DNA of 64,000 nucleotides from Bacteriovoracia bacterium (lineage in GTDB: Bacteria > Bdellovibrionota > UBA1018 > JBFWNL01): contig JBFWNL010000004.1 of the NCBI GenBank assembly GCA_050251055.1, positions 160,001 to 224,000 on the forward strand, in the 5' to 3' direction. Of the stretch, positions 28,620-37,790 are shown piece by piece. The notes beneath the pieces are model-generated. The model ran no database searches. It had not been told where the DNA came from and saw only the letters and a program-made list of their open reading frames with translations. Made by a program: the position numbers and the translations under genes. Position 1 is the first letter of the stretch; each line of letters starts with the position of its first letter.

Positions 28620-29273
28620 CTCGGGTTCGGGCGCGGGTTCGCGTTTCAACCGGGCTTCTTCTAACAGCTGGGCGACGTTGGCGATCACGGACAGCGCGGG
28701 TGCGCGGGTAATCGTGCCGTCTTTTTCACGAACCGCTCCGTAAGCGGTCACGACCACGGCGGCCTGACCCCGCTGGTTCGGCAGGTAACTTTGAGTCATC
28801 ATCACGCCATCGGGAATGTACGTTTTTTTCGTCGGCTTAAAGACGATCGCCGTACCCAGCCAGGTCGACCGGATCGCATCGACGTAAGCGTAGATATCGA
28901 AAATATCCGAAACCGGATTTAACGAGGTCAGGGGAACCATGGGATACGCGACGCCCGTGGCTTCGCCGTTCGGCAAATTCATGGTCGGCTCGTAACGGGA
29001 GACCTCCGGTTCATCGAAGATCCCGATGTCGAAATAAAAGCCCAGCTCGGCGGGCTTGCCGCCCTTCTCGTTTTTGTGCGCGAACGAATGCCCGTAGTCA
29101 TATAAGGACAACGTAGCGCTGTCATCCAACACAAAGGCAGGGTTAAATTTCGCCACGACCTGTAGAGCGTCGAGCGCCTCGTTCGGGGTAACCACGACGT
29201 CGTCGAGAATTTTTACGTTGGGCTTACACCCGGCGAACACGAGCGCGGCAATCGCGAACAAACGAAACGACAT
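28614..29273 (-). CDS. Hypothetical lipoprotein
   Basis: LVFAGC lipobox; GGAGG RBS. Confidence 0.75.
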   Translation of the reverse strand: MSFRLFAIAALVFAGCKPNVKILDDVVVTPNEALDALQVVAKFNPAFVLDDSATLSLYDYGHSFAHKNEKGGKPAELGFYFDIGIFDEPEVSRYEPTMNLPNGEATGVAYPMVPLTSLNPVSDIFDIYAYVDAIRSTWLGTAIVFKPTKKTYIPDGVMMTQSYLPNQRGQAAVVVTAYGAVREKDGTITRAPALSVIANVAQLLEEARLKREPAPEPEL

Positions 29274-29407
29274 GGCTTTCCCTCCCTGGACATCCCGAAG
29301 CCAACTCCACTAATATACCATCCTCGAAGGTAGAAAAGCACAGGCGCGCGGGCGATTCACGCCGTCAAGCCTTTGACGACACGACGGGGACCTCAACGGA
29401 GACAACG

Positions 29408-30631
29408 ATGGATAACGTAACCCACACTTTGATCGGCATCACCGCGGCAGAGACCTTCCTGGCGGCCCGAGCGCGTCGCGGGCCCCGCCCGTCCCTGCGC
29501 GCGCCCATTTACCTGGCTTCCATCATCGGCAATAACTTACCCGATATCGATTTCGTGATTCCCTGGATGCTTGGCGGAGGAAAGCTGAATTACCTTCTAC
29601 ACCACCGAGGCCACACGCACACCTTCCTAGTGGCCATCGCGATGATGGCGATCACGACGTGGATTCTGGTTCGGTTCTTCAAGACGGCGCGCGCGGACTG
29701 GAAGTGGGTGGCGGGAGCCGCGCTCCTGGGTGGTTGCCTGCACATCTTGGCCGACGCCATGAATAACTACGGAGTTCACCCCTTTTTTCCGTTTTATAAC
29801 GGCTGGATTTACGGCGACGCGGTTTTCATCGTCGAACCGCTGCTGATCTTCACGATGGCGCCGCTCGCCTTTTTCCGGGCCCGTACCCACGTCGCGCGCG
29901 CCGTGTGGATTTTGATCGTGGTGCTCGTCTTGGGCTTGGCCTGGTTTGGCCCGTTCACTCCGGCGGTAGTCGCCGGGTTTGCGACGATATTCCTCGCTTT
30001 GCAAATCTTCGCGCAGCATCGCACCGATGCGCTAAAAGTCGCGCTCATCACCGTAACCGCCACGCTCGCGAACTTCTTCTTCGCTTCCACGGTCGCCAAA
30101 CGCAACGTGACGGCTACGCTTTTAAGCCAGGTCTCCGCGGCGGAAATTCTACAACTTTCCGCGACGCCGCTGCCTGCCAATCCACTCTGCTGGTCAATGC
30201 TCGTGGCCTCGCGTGAGGGTGCCGACTACGTCACGCGACTCGGCACGCTGAGCCTCGCGCCCACGCTGATGCCCGTCAGCCGCTGCATCAACTGGCGATT
30301 CACGGGGGCGCGCACCGCACCGTCCGTGACCCCCGCGCTTCATGCCGACGGCCAGCAATGGTTGGCCGAATACAGCCGGCCGGTCGATGAATTTAGGCGA
30401 CTATACGAAGAAAACTGCTATTTCGCCGCGGGCAACCGTTACTTCCGCGTGCCTTTTTGGATACCGGATCGCGCGGGTTACCGCGTCGGGGATCTGCGCT
30501 ACGATCGTGAGGCGGGCGAGGGGTTCACCGAGTTTTCCATTCCCGCCCAACCGGAAAGCTGCCCGCGCGCCGTTCCGCCTTGGAATCCCCCTCTGCAAGA
30601 GCTCGTCACTTCGGCGCGCTCAACCGATTGA
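29408..30631 (+). CDS. YdjM-like inner-membrane metal-dependent hydrolase
   Basis: MDNVTHTLIG, NLPDID, HRGHTHT, HILAD..YGV. Confidence 0.9.
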   Translation: MDNVTHTLIGITAAETFLAARARRGPRPSLRAPIYLASIIGNNLPDIDFVIPWMLGGGKLNYLLHHRGHTHTFLVAIAMMAITTWILVRFFKTARADWKWVAGAALLGGCLHILADAMNNYGVHPFFPFYNGWIYGDAVFIVEPLLIFTMAPLAFFRARTHVARAVWILIVVLVLGLAWFGPFTPAVVAGFATIFLALQIFAQHRTDALKVALITVTATLANFFFASTVAKRNVTATLLSQVSAAEILQLSATPLPANPLCWSMLVASREGADYVTRLGTLSLAPTLMPVSRCINWRFTGARTAPSVTPALHADGQQWLAEYSRPVDEFRRLYEENCYFAAGNRYFRVPFWIPDRAGYRVGDLRYDREAGEGFTEFSIPAQPESCPRAVPPWNPPLQELVTSARSTD

Positions 30632-30632
30632 A

Positions 30633-31784
30633 CTAAGATTCACTTAACCATTCGCCAAGTTGGTCAATTCGGTTAAAAAACAGCTCAGCTCCCGAACGAG
30701 TCACGTGGTCCCGATCCACGTGCGGGCACCAAAACGCGGCGCCCGAGATCGCCTTCGCCGCCTTCGCTCCCCGCATATCGGTCGCGCTATCCCCCACCAG
30801 CAAAACGCTGTTTGGCGCGGCCGCCTGCCAATCAAATTTCAGGCTACCCGGATGGGGCTTAGAGTGATCTGGCGTCGAATGACTGAAGGTCTGGAAGATA
30901 TCCTCCAACCGGTGGTGCTTGAGGATTTTCGCCGCCGATTCGCGGTCGCGCGCCGTCCAAAGATGCAAACGAAGCCCACGCGCCGAGAGGCGTGCTAGCA
31001 TCGATTCGACGCCATCAAATAAATCGTATTCCATCTGTTGCGCGAGTTCGCTCCACAGACGAATCGCTTCCAACTGCTTCGCGGCTTCGGAAACTCCGTA
31101 AACGGAGAACAGCTTTGGAAATTCCGGAAAGAATTTTTCGCGCGCTTCCTGCACGGTGACTTCCCGGCCCAACACCTGGCTAAATACGCCGGCATTCACC
31201 TCGTGCAGCTTTCCGATGGAGTGAATCAGCGTGCCATCGAAATCAAAAATAACGTCGGTGATACATGCCTGCTCAATTTCAATCACCCGATCTAACGGCA
31301 GGTGATGGAATTTCGCCTGACCTGCCGGCGTGTTCAAGCAAAGCTCGGGATTTAGAATCTGCTCACGCGCGGGCTTGAAAGAAAGCTTGGGATAGGCGGC
31401 AACAAACGCATCAAAGGCGCGATCAATGACGAATTCCGCATGCTCGAATCCGGTGGGATACGGGGAACCTTTCTTCGGCGCCGGCAATTCTACCAGTGGA
31501 ATTTCGTAGCTCGCATCGATGTCGGCACCCGTTACCGGAAAGCCGGTAGCTAAGCGATAAGTCGAAATCGGTCGACCATTCACCTCCGACTCCGTGAGCA
31601 AGGTCCCGAATGATCCCAAAAAATTTTTATAGTCGGAATACTCACGCAAGGTCGCGACCCGAAAACAAAGATGATCCGCGCGCCATTCGTCGACCGGCAG
31701 CCCCATGCCGTGCATGGCTTCGCGCAGACGCGCAAAAAAAACTTCTCCCTCGGCCAGGAAAGATTCGGGCGAAACTGGGTGCAT
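30633..31784 (-). CDS. YecM (VOC) domain fused to HAD phosphatase
   Basis: DHLCFRV, VNGRPI, ELPAPK..GFEHAEFV, KFHH then FDFDGTL, KPHP, VGDSATD. Confidence 0.88.
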   Translation of the reverse strand: MHPVSPESFLAEGEVFFARLREAMHGMGLPVDEWRADHLCFRVATLREYSDYKNFLGSFGTLLTESEVNGRPISTYRLATGFPVTGADIDASYEIPLVELPAPKKGSPYPTGFEHAEFVIDRAFDAFVAAYPKLSFKPAREQILNPELCLNTPAGQAKFHHLPLDRVIEIEQACITDVIFDFDGTLIHSIGKLHEVNAGVFSQVLGREVTVQEAREKFFPEFPKLFSVYGVSEAAKQLEAIRLWSELAQQMEYDLFDGVESMLARLSARGLRLHLWTARDRESAAKILKHHRLEDIFQTFSHSTPDHSKPHPGSLKFDWQAAAPNSVLLVGDSATDMRGAKAAKAISGAAFWCPHVDRDHVTRSGAELFFNRIDQLGEWLSES

Positions 31785-31809
31785 ACCCCCACCTTATTGC
31801 CACAGAAGT

Positions 31810-31932
31810 CACGATGAAGGAACCACGGCGCCGACCCTCGGTCCGTTCTCACCAGGCCACCTAAAAGTTAGCTAGGGATACTGAGCGGTTGAGCCCACGG
31901 ATGGGAGTCCCCCTGCCCGGGCGGTGTCTTTT
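31810..31932 (+). ncRNA. Candidate small structured RNA
   Basis: Closing helix 31827-31837/31919-31928 with G-U pairs then TTTT; three ANGGA motifs, one in hairpin CCCA-CGGA-TGGG. Confidence 0.3.
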
Positions 31933-31958
31933 AAAAGATAAAAAAGGAAAATGAATGA

Positions 31959-32432
31959 ATGGCGGACCGACCGGAACAACGGACGAACCGCTCCAAGTTC
32001 TTGTATTCATTTACATTCCAATCTCGACCATACTCCCATAAGCCCGAAAAAATCAAAAAAATGTATCTCGAAGAGAGAATGAGTGCTCGCGAAATCGCGG
32101 ATGAACTCAACGTCTCACAAACGCATATATTAGATCGTCTCAATCGAATGGGCATAGGTTTGAAAAGTGGCAAAGGTCGCATGACCGATCCCAATAATTA
32201 CAAATGTCCTAAGCCCCCTTACGGCTGGAAGCTAAGAGACAGAAAGCTTGTTCCCAACAAAGCGGAACTGCAAATTTGTCGGTATGTCGTCAATCGTGTG
32301 CGCCAAGGAAAAAATGTGGCTGAAGTGCAACGCGAAATGACACAAAAGAATTTTAAAAACCGCAATGAAAACTCCAATTGGGATCACAAGGCGGTCATGA
32401 ATATTTACAAAAAATGGAAAGATAAACTGTAA
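31959..32432 (+). CDS. HTH plus serine-recombinase DNA-binding (Recombinase) domain, no catalytic domain
   Basis: MSAREIADELNVSQTHI HTH; PPYGW..LVPNKAE..IA/V..L..R..W; true start may be ATG 32060. Confidence 0.75.
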   Translation: MADRPEQRTNRSKFLYSFTFQSRPYSHKPEKIKKMYLEERMSAREIADELNVSQTHILDRLNRMGIGLKSGKGRMTDPNNYKCPKPPYGWKLRDRKLVPNKAELQICRYVVNRVRQGKNVAEVQREMTQKNFKNRNENSNWDHKAVMNIYKKWKDKL

Positions 32433-32448
32433 GCGGAAGGAGCAGGAA

Positions 32449-32622
32449 ATGAGCTTGGGTAATTTAATTAATGTATTTTGTATTTTAGCTTTAGCCATCG
32501 GTACACCTGTCGCAGGTTACAAAGCCTATAAATTTGTACGCCAAGAGGTCATAAAACAGACTCAGAAGGGATTGCCTTCGTTGGAAAAGTTTTCAAATGC
32601 GCTTACTAAGCCCACTAAATAA
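32449..32622 (+). CDS. 57-aa single-TM small protein (absent from the ORF track)
   Basis: AAGGAG RBS; MSLGNLINVFCILALAIGTPVAGYKAYKFVRQEV.. Confidence 0.6.
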   Translation: MSLGNLINVFCILALAIGTPVAGYKAYKFVRQEVIKQTQKGLPSLEKFSNALTKPTK

Positions 32623-32783
32623 TGTGCGGGAAGTATACTTTACTAAAAATACGGAGTTAACAGCCTCTCAAATGATTGGCGGTTATCCGATGAACTCAAC
32701 CACCTCAATTTGTTCCTTTGTCGTAACAATGAAGTCTTCTGTCAAGAAGACTAAGTTTTTGAACCGAAGGAGAGCCTTAAAAC

Positions 32784-33197
32784 TCAAAACGCTCTTGTCA
32801 TGATTTCAAGATTGACTCGATTGGGGTCACAAAAATAAAAATGTTTGAAGCTTTTTCCAAGCTCTTCATGCCTTACGGGTTCGCCTGGACTTGCATCTAA
32901 ATTCGGAAGCGAGCGAATCTGAATTTTATGGCTCGCGCAGTTAGCCAGGATCTCTCCAAAGAATTCTTCATCGACTTCAAAAGCAATGTGCTGCGGATTT
33001 GGAAGTCGCTCCTTTGAAAACGGAACCAGTAACAATTCGGGGCCATCTTCATGGGACAACACGACGCCTGTATTTCCAGTGCCAATATCAACGAAAGGCG
33101 AGACTTGCTTGTACCCGAAGAGGGTCGAGTAAAATTTCGCTGTCGATTCGATATCGAGAGTCCCCAATATAATGTGGTTGATTCGTAAAAGGCCCAT
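32784..33197 (-). CDS. VOC/glyoxalase family protein
   Basis: INHIILGTLDIESTAKFY..LFG, QHIAFEV, FYFCDPNRVNLEI. Confidence 0.9.
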   Translation of the reverse strand: MGLLRINHIILGTLDIESTAKFYSTLFGYKQVSPFVDIGTGNTGVVLSHEDGPELLLVPFSKERLPNPQHIAFEVDEEFFGEILANCASHKIQIRSLPNLDASPGEPVRHEELGKSFKHFYFCDPNRVNLEIMTRAF

Positions 33198-33354
33198 GTG
33201 TCCGCCGAGCATAACTCGTGAGTGAGATTTTGCTGTAGAGATTTTTCCAAAAAGTTTTAAGAATCCAAGAAAACCCCTGTACCGAAGTACACTATCGCCC
33301 TGCATTTGAGTTCTCTAAAATTCCACAGATTTCAAGGCGGGCAAAATATGTTCT

Positions 33355-34161
33355 CTAATTTCTCTCCACGAGGTGACGCTTCCGATAGCCTTCGTTTAAA
33401 CTATCCAGTAGGAGAACCACGACAAAGATGGCGAGTAGAACCGTACAGAATCGGTCCCACTGATAATATTCCTGATATTGATGAAGAAGAGTACCGAGTC
33501 CCCCCGCCCCGACGTATCCGATGATCGAAGCCGATCGGATGTTATACTCTAGCATCCAGAGGGAATGGCTGACAATTAGCGGCCGAACAGACGCAAAGAC
33601 ACCGTATTGAAAAGCCTGAACGGTGTGAGCCCCCGTTGCCCTAAGATGACGAGCCACTCCCAAATCGAGTGAGTTCAGCGCATCCACAAAAAATTTTCCG
33701 AGATACCCAAGGCTATAGAAGCTTAAGGCAATTACACCAGCCAGCGGATGCGGGCCTACTAAAGCAACGGCTAATAGAGCCCAAATCAAACTCGGAATCG
33801 TTCGTAATCCGTTTAAAGAGAAGCGCGTGATTTTCCGAAGCCATTCATGATGATGGAGCCTTGATCCAAAGAGCGCGATGGGAATCGAAATCACGACCGC
33901 AACGACTGTCGACAGAATGGCTATTCTTATCGTCTCTAGCAGACTCTCGAGAAGTGGGCGCCAAACGGAGAAATCAGGAGGAAAAAAACGTTTTAAAAAA
34001 CGAAGGGCATTGTCAAAGTAGTTTAATTCTCGATCCGGTAAATCAAATGAAAGAAGGGACCAAAGGACCGCTCCGGAAAAAAGAAGAAAGGAGATGTAAA
34101 AGGAAAGCGAAGGTCTTTGAGAAATGAACCTTTCTTCTTTCGCCACTAAATAAATCTCCAA
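33355..34161 (-). CDS. phnE: PhnE/PtxC-type ABC permease
   Basis: LRTIPSLIWALL, GYLGKFF, LEYNIRSASIIGYVGAGGLG. Confidence 0.88.
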   Translation of the reverse strand: MEIYLVAKEERFISQRPSLSFYISFLLFSGAVLWSLLSFDLPDRELNYFDNALRFLKRFFPPDFSVWRPLLESLLETIRIAILSTVVAVVISIPIALFGSRLHHHEWLRKITRFSLNGLRTIPSLIWALLAVALVGPHPLAGVIALSFYSLGYLGKFFVDALNSLDLGVARHLRATGAHTVQAFQYGVFASVRPLIVSHSLWMLEYNIRSASIIGYVGAGGLGTLLHQYQEYYQWDRFCTVLLAIFVVVLLLDSLNEGYRKRHLVERN

Positions 34162-34793
34162 GTGCTCTGATCGAGAATTAAAATTTGATCGGCGTAATCT
34201 TTGAGAAGTTTTTCATTGTGAAGAACACAAACAACACTCGATCCTTTAGAGGTTTGATTTTTTAGAAGGTCGAGAGCTCTCACCTGGAGTACTTCGGGAA
34301 GCATAGAAACGGGCTCATCCGCGAGTAGTAGATCTGCGTTTTGATAGAGGGCTCTCGCGATGGAGATTCTTTGTCGTTCTCCTCCCGAAAGTAGGCCCAC
34401 TCTGATAGACAATGGGACCTGAAAATCGAGTTGTTCGAGAATGCCGGGGACTTCGCTACCGTTCAAAGACGAGAGACCGAAAAGAGTTTGAAGCCAGGAA
34501 CGCCTATGTAGACAGCCGAGCAAAATATTCTCTCCGGCCGAAAGGCTGGGCGTTAAAGAACAGTGTTGATCGATCCAGGCGAGAGACGAACGAGGTCGCT
34601 GAAATGAACCCTCGGTGAGAATTGAAGTCTGAGCCATCACTTCCAGAAGACTCGTTTTTCCGGCCCCTGATGGACCCCGGATTCCCAAGAAATGGCCCTT
34701 CGGAATTTCGAGATTCAGATCTCGAAAGAGCCACTTTTCTCCTTTCTCTAATCCTCCCGCCGTTATCTTTAAAGCGCAGGCGGAATTTTTCAC
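34146..34793 (-). CDS. phnC: PhnC-type ABC ATPase
   Basis: GPSGAGKTS, LSGGERQRISIARAL, LLADEP, VLH; GTG start 34793. Confidence 0.85.
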   Translation of the reverse strand: MKNSACALKITAGGLEKGEKWLFRDLNLEIPKGHFLGIRGPSGAGKTSLLEVMAQTSILTEGSFQRPRSSLAWIDQHCSLTPSLSAGENILLGCLHRRSWLQTLFGLSSLNGSEVPGILEQLDFQVPLSIRVGLLSGGERQRISIARALYQNADLLLADEPVSMLPEVLQVRALDLLKNQTSKGSSVVCVLHNEKLLKDYADQILILDQSTWRFI

Positions 34794-34794
34794 T

Positions 34795-35685
34795 TCAAAG
34801 TTTCGCTCCCGTAAGTTGAAGGGCTTCTTTCGTGCCGGCGAGATGCCGATCCTGCTGAATTTCAGCGAGAGTCGAATTAAAAAGTTTATCTCTGAGAGTT
34901 GTATTCTTGGAGACATTCAGTTTTTTTAAAGCAGCTTGAAGACGCTCCTGATTCTTTTTCTCCAAGGAAGTGCGAATCGCGATGACATGGGTCGGGATCG
35001 GACCTTGACGATCAATGACCTTCAGTTTGGCCTTTTGATCGAGTGTGAGATATTTGTCGTGATTGATCACGTAGTCACTAATCGCAGCGGCTTCCGCTTG
35101 GCCCTGAAGAACTTGCTCAATCGCAGACACATAGCCTGTCCCGTACCAAACATTACCCTTACCAAAAAACTTTTCGGGCGCTTCTTGTTCTTTAAGTAGC
35201 CCCTTTTTAATAAGAGTCGCGTGAGGGATGAGATAACCTGAAGTACTGGTTCGACTGGCAAAGGCAATCGGCTTGCCTCGAAGATCTTGGACACCCTTAT
35301 AGGGTTTATCTTTTAGACTGACCCAATAACTTTCGTAGAATGTCCTTCCGTCAAACTCGACTCCAAGAAGGGCTCGGGCGGATTTTTGCTCGATGGCATT
35401 CAACATATCGAGGGAACCCAAGAAGGCCAGATCAATACTTCCGTTAGCAAATCCCTCCAGAATTACCGCCGAGCTCAGCGGCACGATGACTTTGACAGGG
35501 AGTTGCAATTCCTTCGAGAGAAACGCTTCTAAAGATTTTCTTTCTTCTTGCATCGCATCCGGATTTTTGTCTGGCTTCAAGGCGAACACTATTTGTTTAA
35601 TGTTTTCGGTCTCGGCAAAAGCTCCGAAGGTGAAGGTTAGGCCGAACATTAAAGAGAAAACGAAGTGAAGGAATTTAGTGATCAT
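34795..35685 (-). CDS. phnD: PhnD-type phosphate/phosphite/phosphonate substrate-binding protein
   Basis: Signal peptide; DLRGKPIAFASRTSTSGYLIP. Confidence 0.88.
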   Translation of the reverse strand: MITKFLHFVFSLMFGLTFTFGAFAETENIKQIVFALKPDKNPDAMQEERKSLEAFLSKELQLPVKVIVPLSSAVILEGFANGSIDLAFLGSLDMLNAIEQKSARALLGVEFDGRTFYESYWVSLKDKPYKGVQDLRGKPIAFASRTSTSGYLIPHATLIKKGLLKEQEAPEKFFGKGNVWYGTGYVSAIEQVLQGQAEAAAISDYVINHDKYLTLDQKAKLKVIDRQGPIPTHVIAIRTSLEKKNQERLQAALKKLNVSKNTTLRDKLFNSTLAEIQQDRHLAGTKEALQLTGAKL

Positions 35686-36634
35686 TTCAAGTACTCCTTA
35701 ATTAGATCTTGAACTTGGGTGAGTGCTTCACTTCGAGCAATTTCGTCATTTTGAATTTTTTCAAACCAGTCATTCTCGAGCGCCCAAAGGCGTGCAAATA
35801 ACGGTTGTCCTCCGATTTGAGGTACGACCTGAATCAAGCGATGGCCATCGAGCACTTCAGCCCAAGCAATCTGCGAAAGTGTCCAGAAAGTCATTCGGGG
35901 AGAAGCCCATTCTTGTGCTTCTTGACAGTGGTTATCCGGCAAGCGGATATAAAAATCTTTTCCAACCTCTTCGGCGAGAGGAGTCTTTTCACCTTCACTC
36001 CAGATAATTTTTTGATTTCTTTGTCTTTCGAGCCAACCCCAGGGAAGCGAAAGAACACGAGTTCGACGTTGCATCGAGTTATAATCTTTTCGCTTCATAT
36101 CTCGATATTCGCGACCCGGAATCGGTGAAAAATTTTCGCATTCCCACTGTGGGTCTCGCCCAGAATAGTTCCAAGCCGCTGAACATTGGTATCTCGGGCC
36201 ATCTCCAAATTGGTTATTTCTCGAGTCCATTGGCCCTGAGGATTCTCAAGTTGTCGGGGCTCATACCGACCATCCCCGACAAAGTCATAGAGACTTTGAT
36301 TTTCATAGGTCCAGGTTTCTCCATGGTGCTTCATCTTCACGAGTGTGCCCGAAGCGTCTTGAACGAGAAGAACATGTTGTAGGCGGATTCGAGCGGGTTC
36401 ATCGCTAAGAACCGTAATATATTCTTTCACCGACTTTCCATCAGTTGCATCGTAGACACGCGAATCGAGTGTATACCCCTCTTTGAGGGCTTTCGTCTCA
36501 GCATAGGAGTAATCGACCTGAAAACATCCGGACATATTGAGGATGTTTTTTCGATCATTTTCAAATGTTGAGGCAGACGCTCCCGTGCTCAGCAGGGCAA
36601 GAGTCATTGTGAAGGAGGTAAACTTATATCTCAT
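35682..36634 (-). pseudogene. DUF6607-like secreted protein, split by a 1-nt frameshift near 36207
   Basis: ORF 36095-36634 (GCFQVDYSYAET, LQHVL, W.YEN, GQW) continues in ORF 35682-36230 (DGPRY, PGRE..R.DY, GW...N.K). Confidence 0.75.
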
Positions 36635-36698
36635 GGGGTAAATCCTTTCGAGTTAAACAGTCTGTAAGACCAAGCAAAAACCCTTGCCAAGCCTTATT

Positions 36699-36717
36699 GA
36701 TAATGATTCTCATTATC
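36699..36717. promoter_or_regulatory. Fur box
   Basis: GATAATGATTCTCATTATC, 17/19 match to GATAATGATAATCATTATC. Confidence 0.88.
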
Positions 36718-36812
36718 CTAAGTCTTTAGCTCTGCCGAAGGATAAATGACAAGCCTGAGATCAGTTAATTTTGTGGTCTTGCTTCGGACGATGCTTTGCT
36801 TGGGGGTTAAGC

Positions 36813-37079
36813 GTGACAGGACAGTTTTCTTTTTCCAACGACGATGTTCAAAATTTTTTGGCAGAGTGGTGCCGATGTGGGACGGTTCATGTGACATTAG
36901 GAGGATTGTGTTTTAATTTAAAGCCTGAGGACTTTAGGATTTTAGCCCAAAAGATGTCGGGGACTGCCGCTTACTTTGAAAATCATCGAAGACAAACTGA
37001 GTGTTCACTAGACAAAGTAAGAATGGCAAAAGTGTTCCAGCTTTTTCGAAGAGATGCTACCGGCGAGATCAAGGACTGA
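36813..37079 (+). CDS. Small CxCGxxH-motif hypothetical protein
   Basis: WCRCGTVHVTLG; GTG start after GGGGG; divergent from the Fur box. Confidence 0.6.
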   Translation: MTGQFSFSNDDVQNFLAEWCRCGTVHVTLGGLCFNLKPEDFRILAQKMSGTAAYFENHRRQTECSLDKVRMAKVFQLFRRDATGEIKD

Positions 37080-37118
37080 AAATGAGCGCTTTTTACATAT
37101 TTTTATATAGTTTTAGTT

Positions 37119-37790
37119 TCAGTCATCTGATTTCTTCGGCCGTTGGGATGTATTTGCTGATTCTCCATTGAAATGTTTCCAGCTTTCTAAAAGAACGCGG
37201 AACGAGAAAAAGACAATGAGACCCGCGATCAGAAAGCCCCCAATGATGTCTGGCCACTTTGAATTGAAAAGGTACACACATCCGGCAGCGATCAGCGTGA
37301 AAAAGTTATTCAGAATATCATTACGCGTGCACATCCACACTGCTTTCATATTGATATCTTTATGTCGATGAGCCAGGAGAATGGCTCCCGAGGTGAGATT
37401 TGCCAGTAGTGCAAGCGAACCAACAATGAGCATGGTCGATGAGATTGGTTGAACGTCACGAAAGATTTTTGAAATCACTTCAATTAGAACTACCAATCCC
37501 AGAATGAGTTCAAACCCTGAATTGAAAAGAGCCACTTTTGATTTCGATTTTAAGCTTCGATTGAGAGCTAAAAGGCTAAGAAAATAAACGAAGGCGTCAC
37601 CCCCCATGTCTACAGCGTCAGCCAATAAACTCGAAGATTGCGCGAGAATTCCAGCGATTCCCTCTCCAAAGAAAAATAAAAGGTTAATGATTAATACGAG
37701 AAGGATCGCTCTCTTTTGAGAAGGATCATTAGACACTTCGGGGTTCGTACAACAGCTATCGTTCACTTGTTCCATCTTCGTATTTTTCAT
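37119..37790 (-). CDS. CDF family cation transporter lacking the C-terminal domain
   Basis: SSLLADAVDMGGD, NMKAVWMCTRND, WPD. Confidence 0.9.
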   Translation of the reverse strand: MKNTKMEQVNDSCCTNPEVSNDPSQKRAILLVLIINLLFFFGEGIAGILAQSSSLLADAVDMGGDAFVYFLSLLALNRSLKSKSKVALFNSGFELILGLVVLIEVISKIFRDVQPISSTMLIVGSLALLANLTSGAILLAHRHKDINMKAVWMCTRNDILNNFFTLIAAGCVYLFNSKWPDIIGGFLIAGLIVFFSFRVLLESWKHFNGESANTSQRPKKSDD

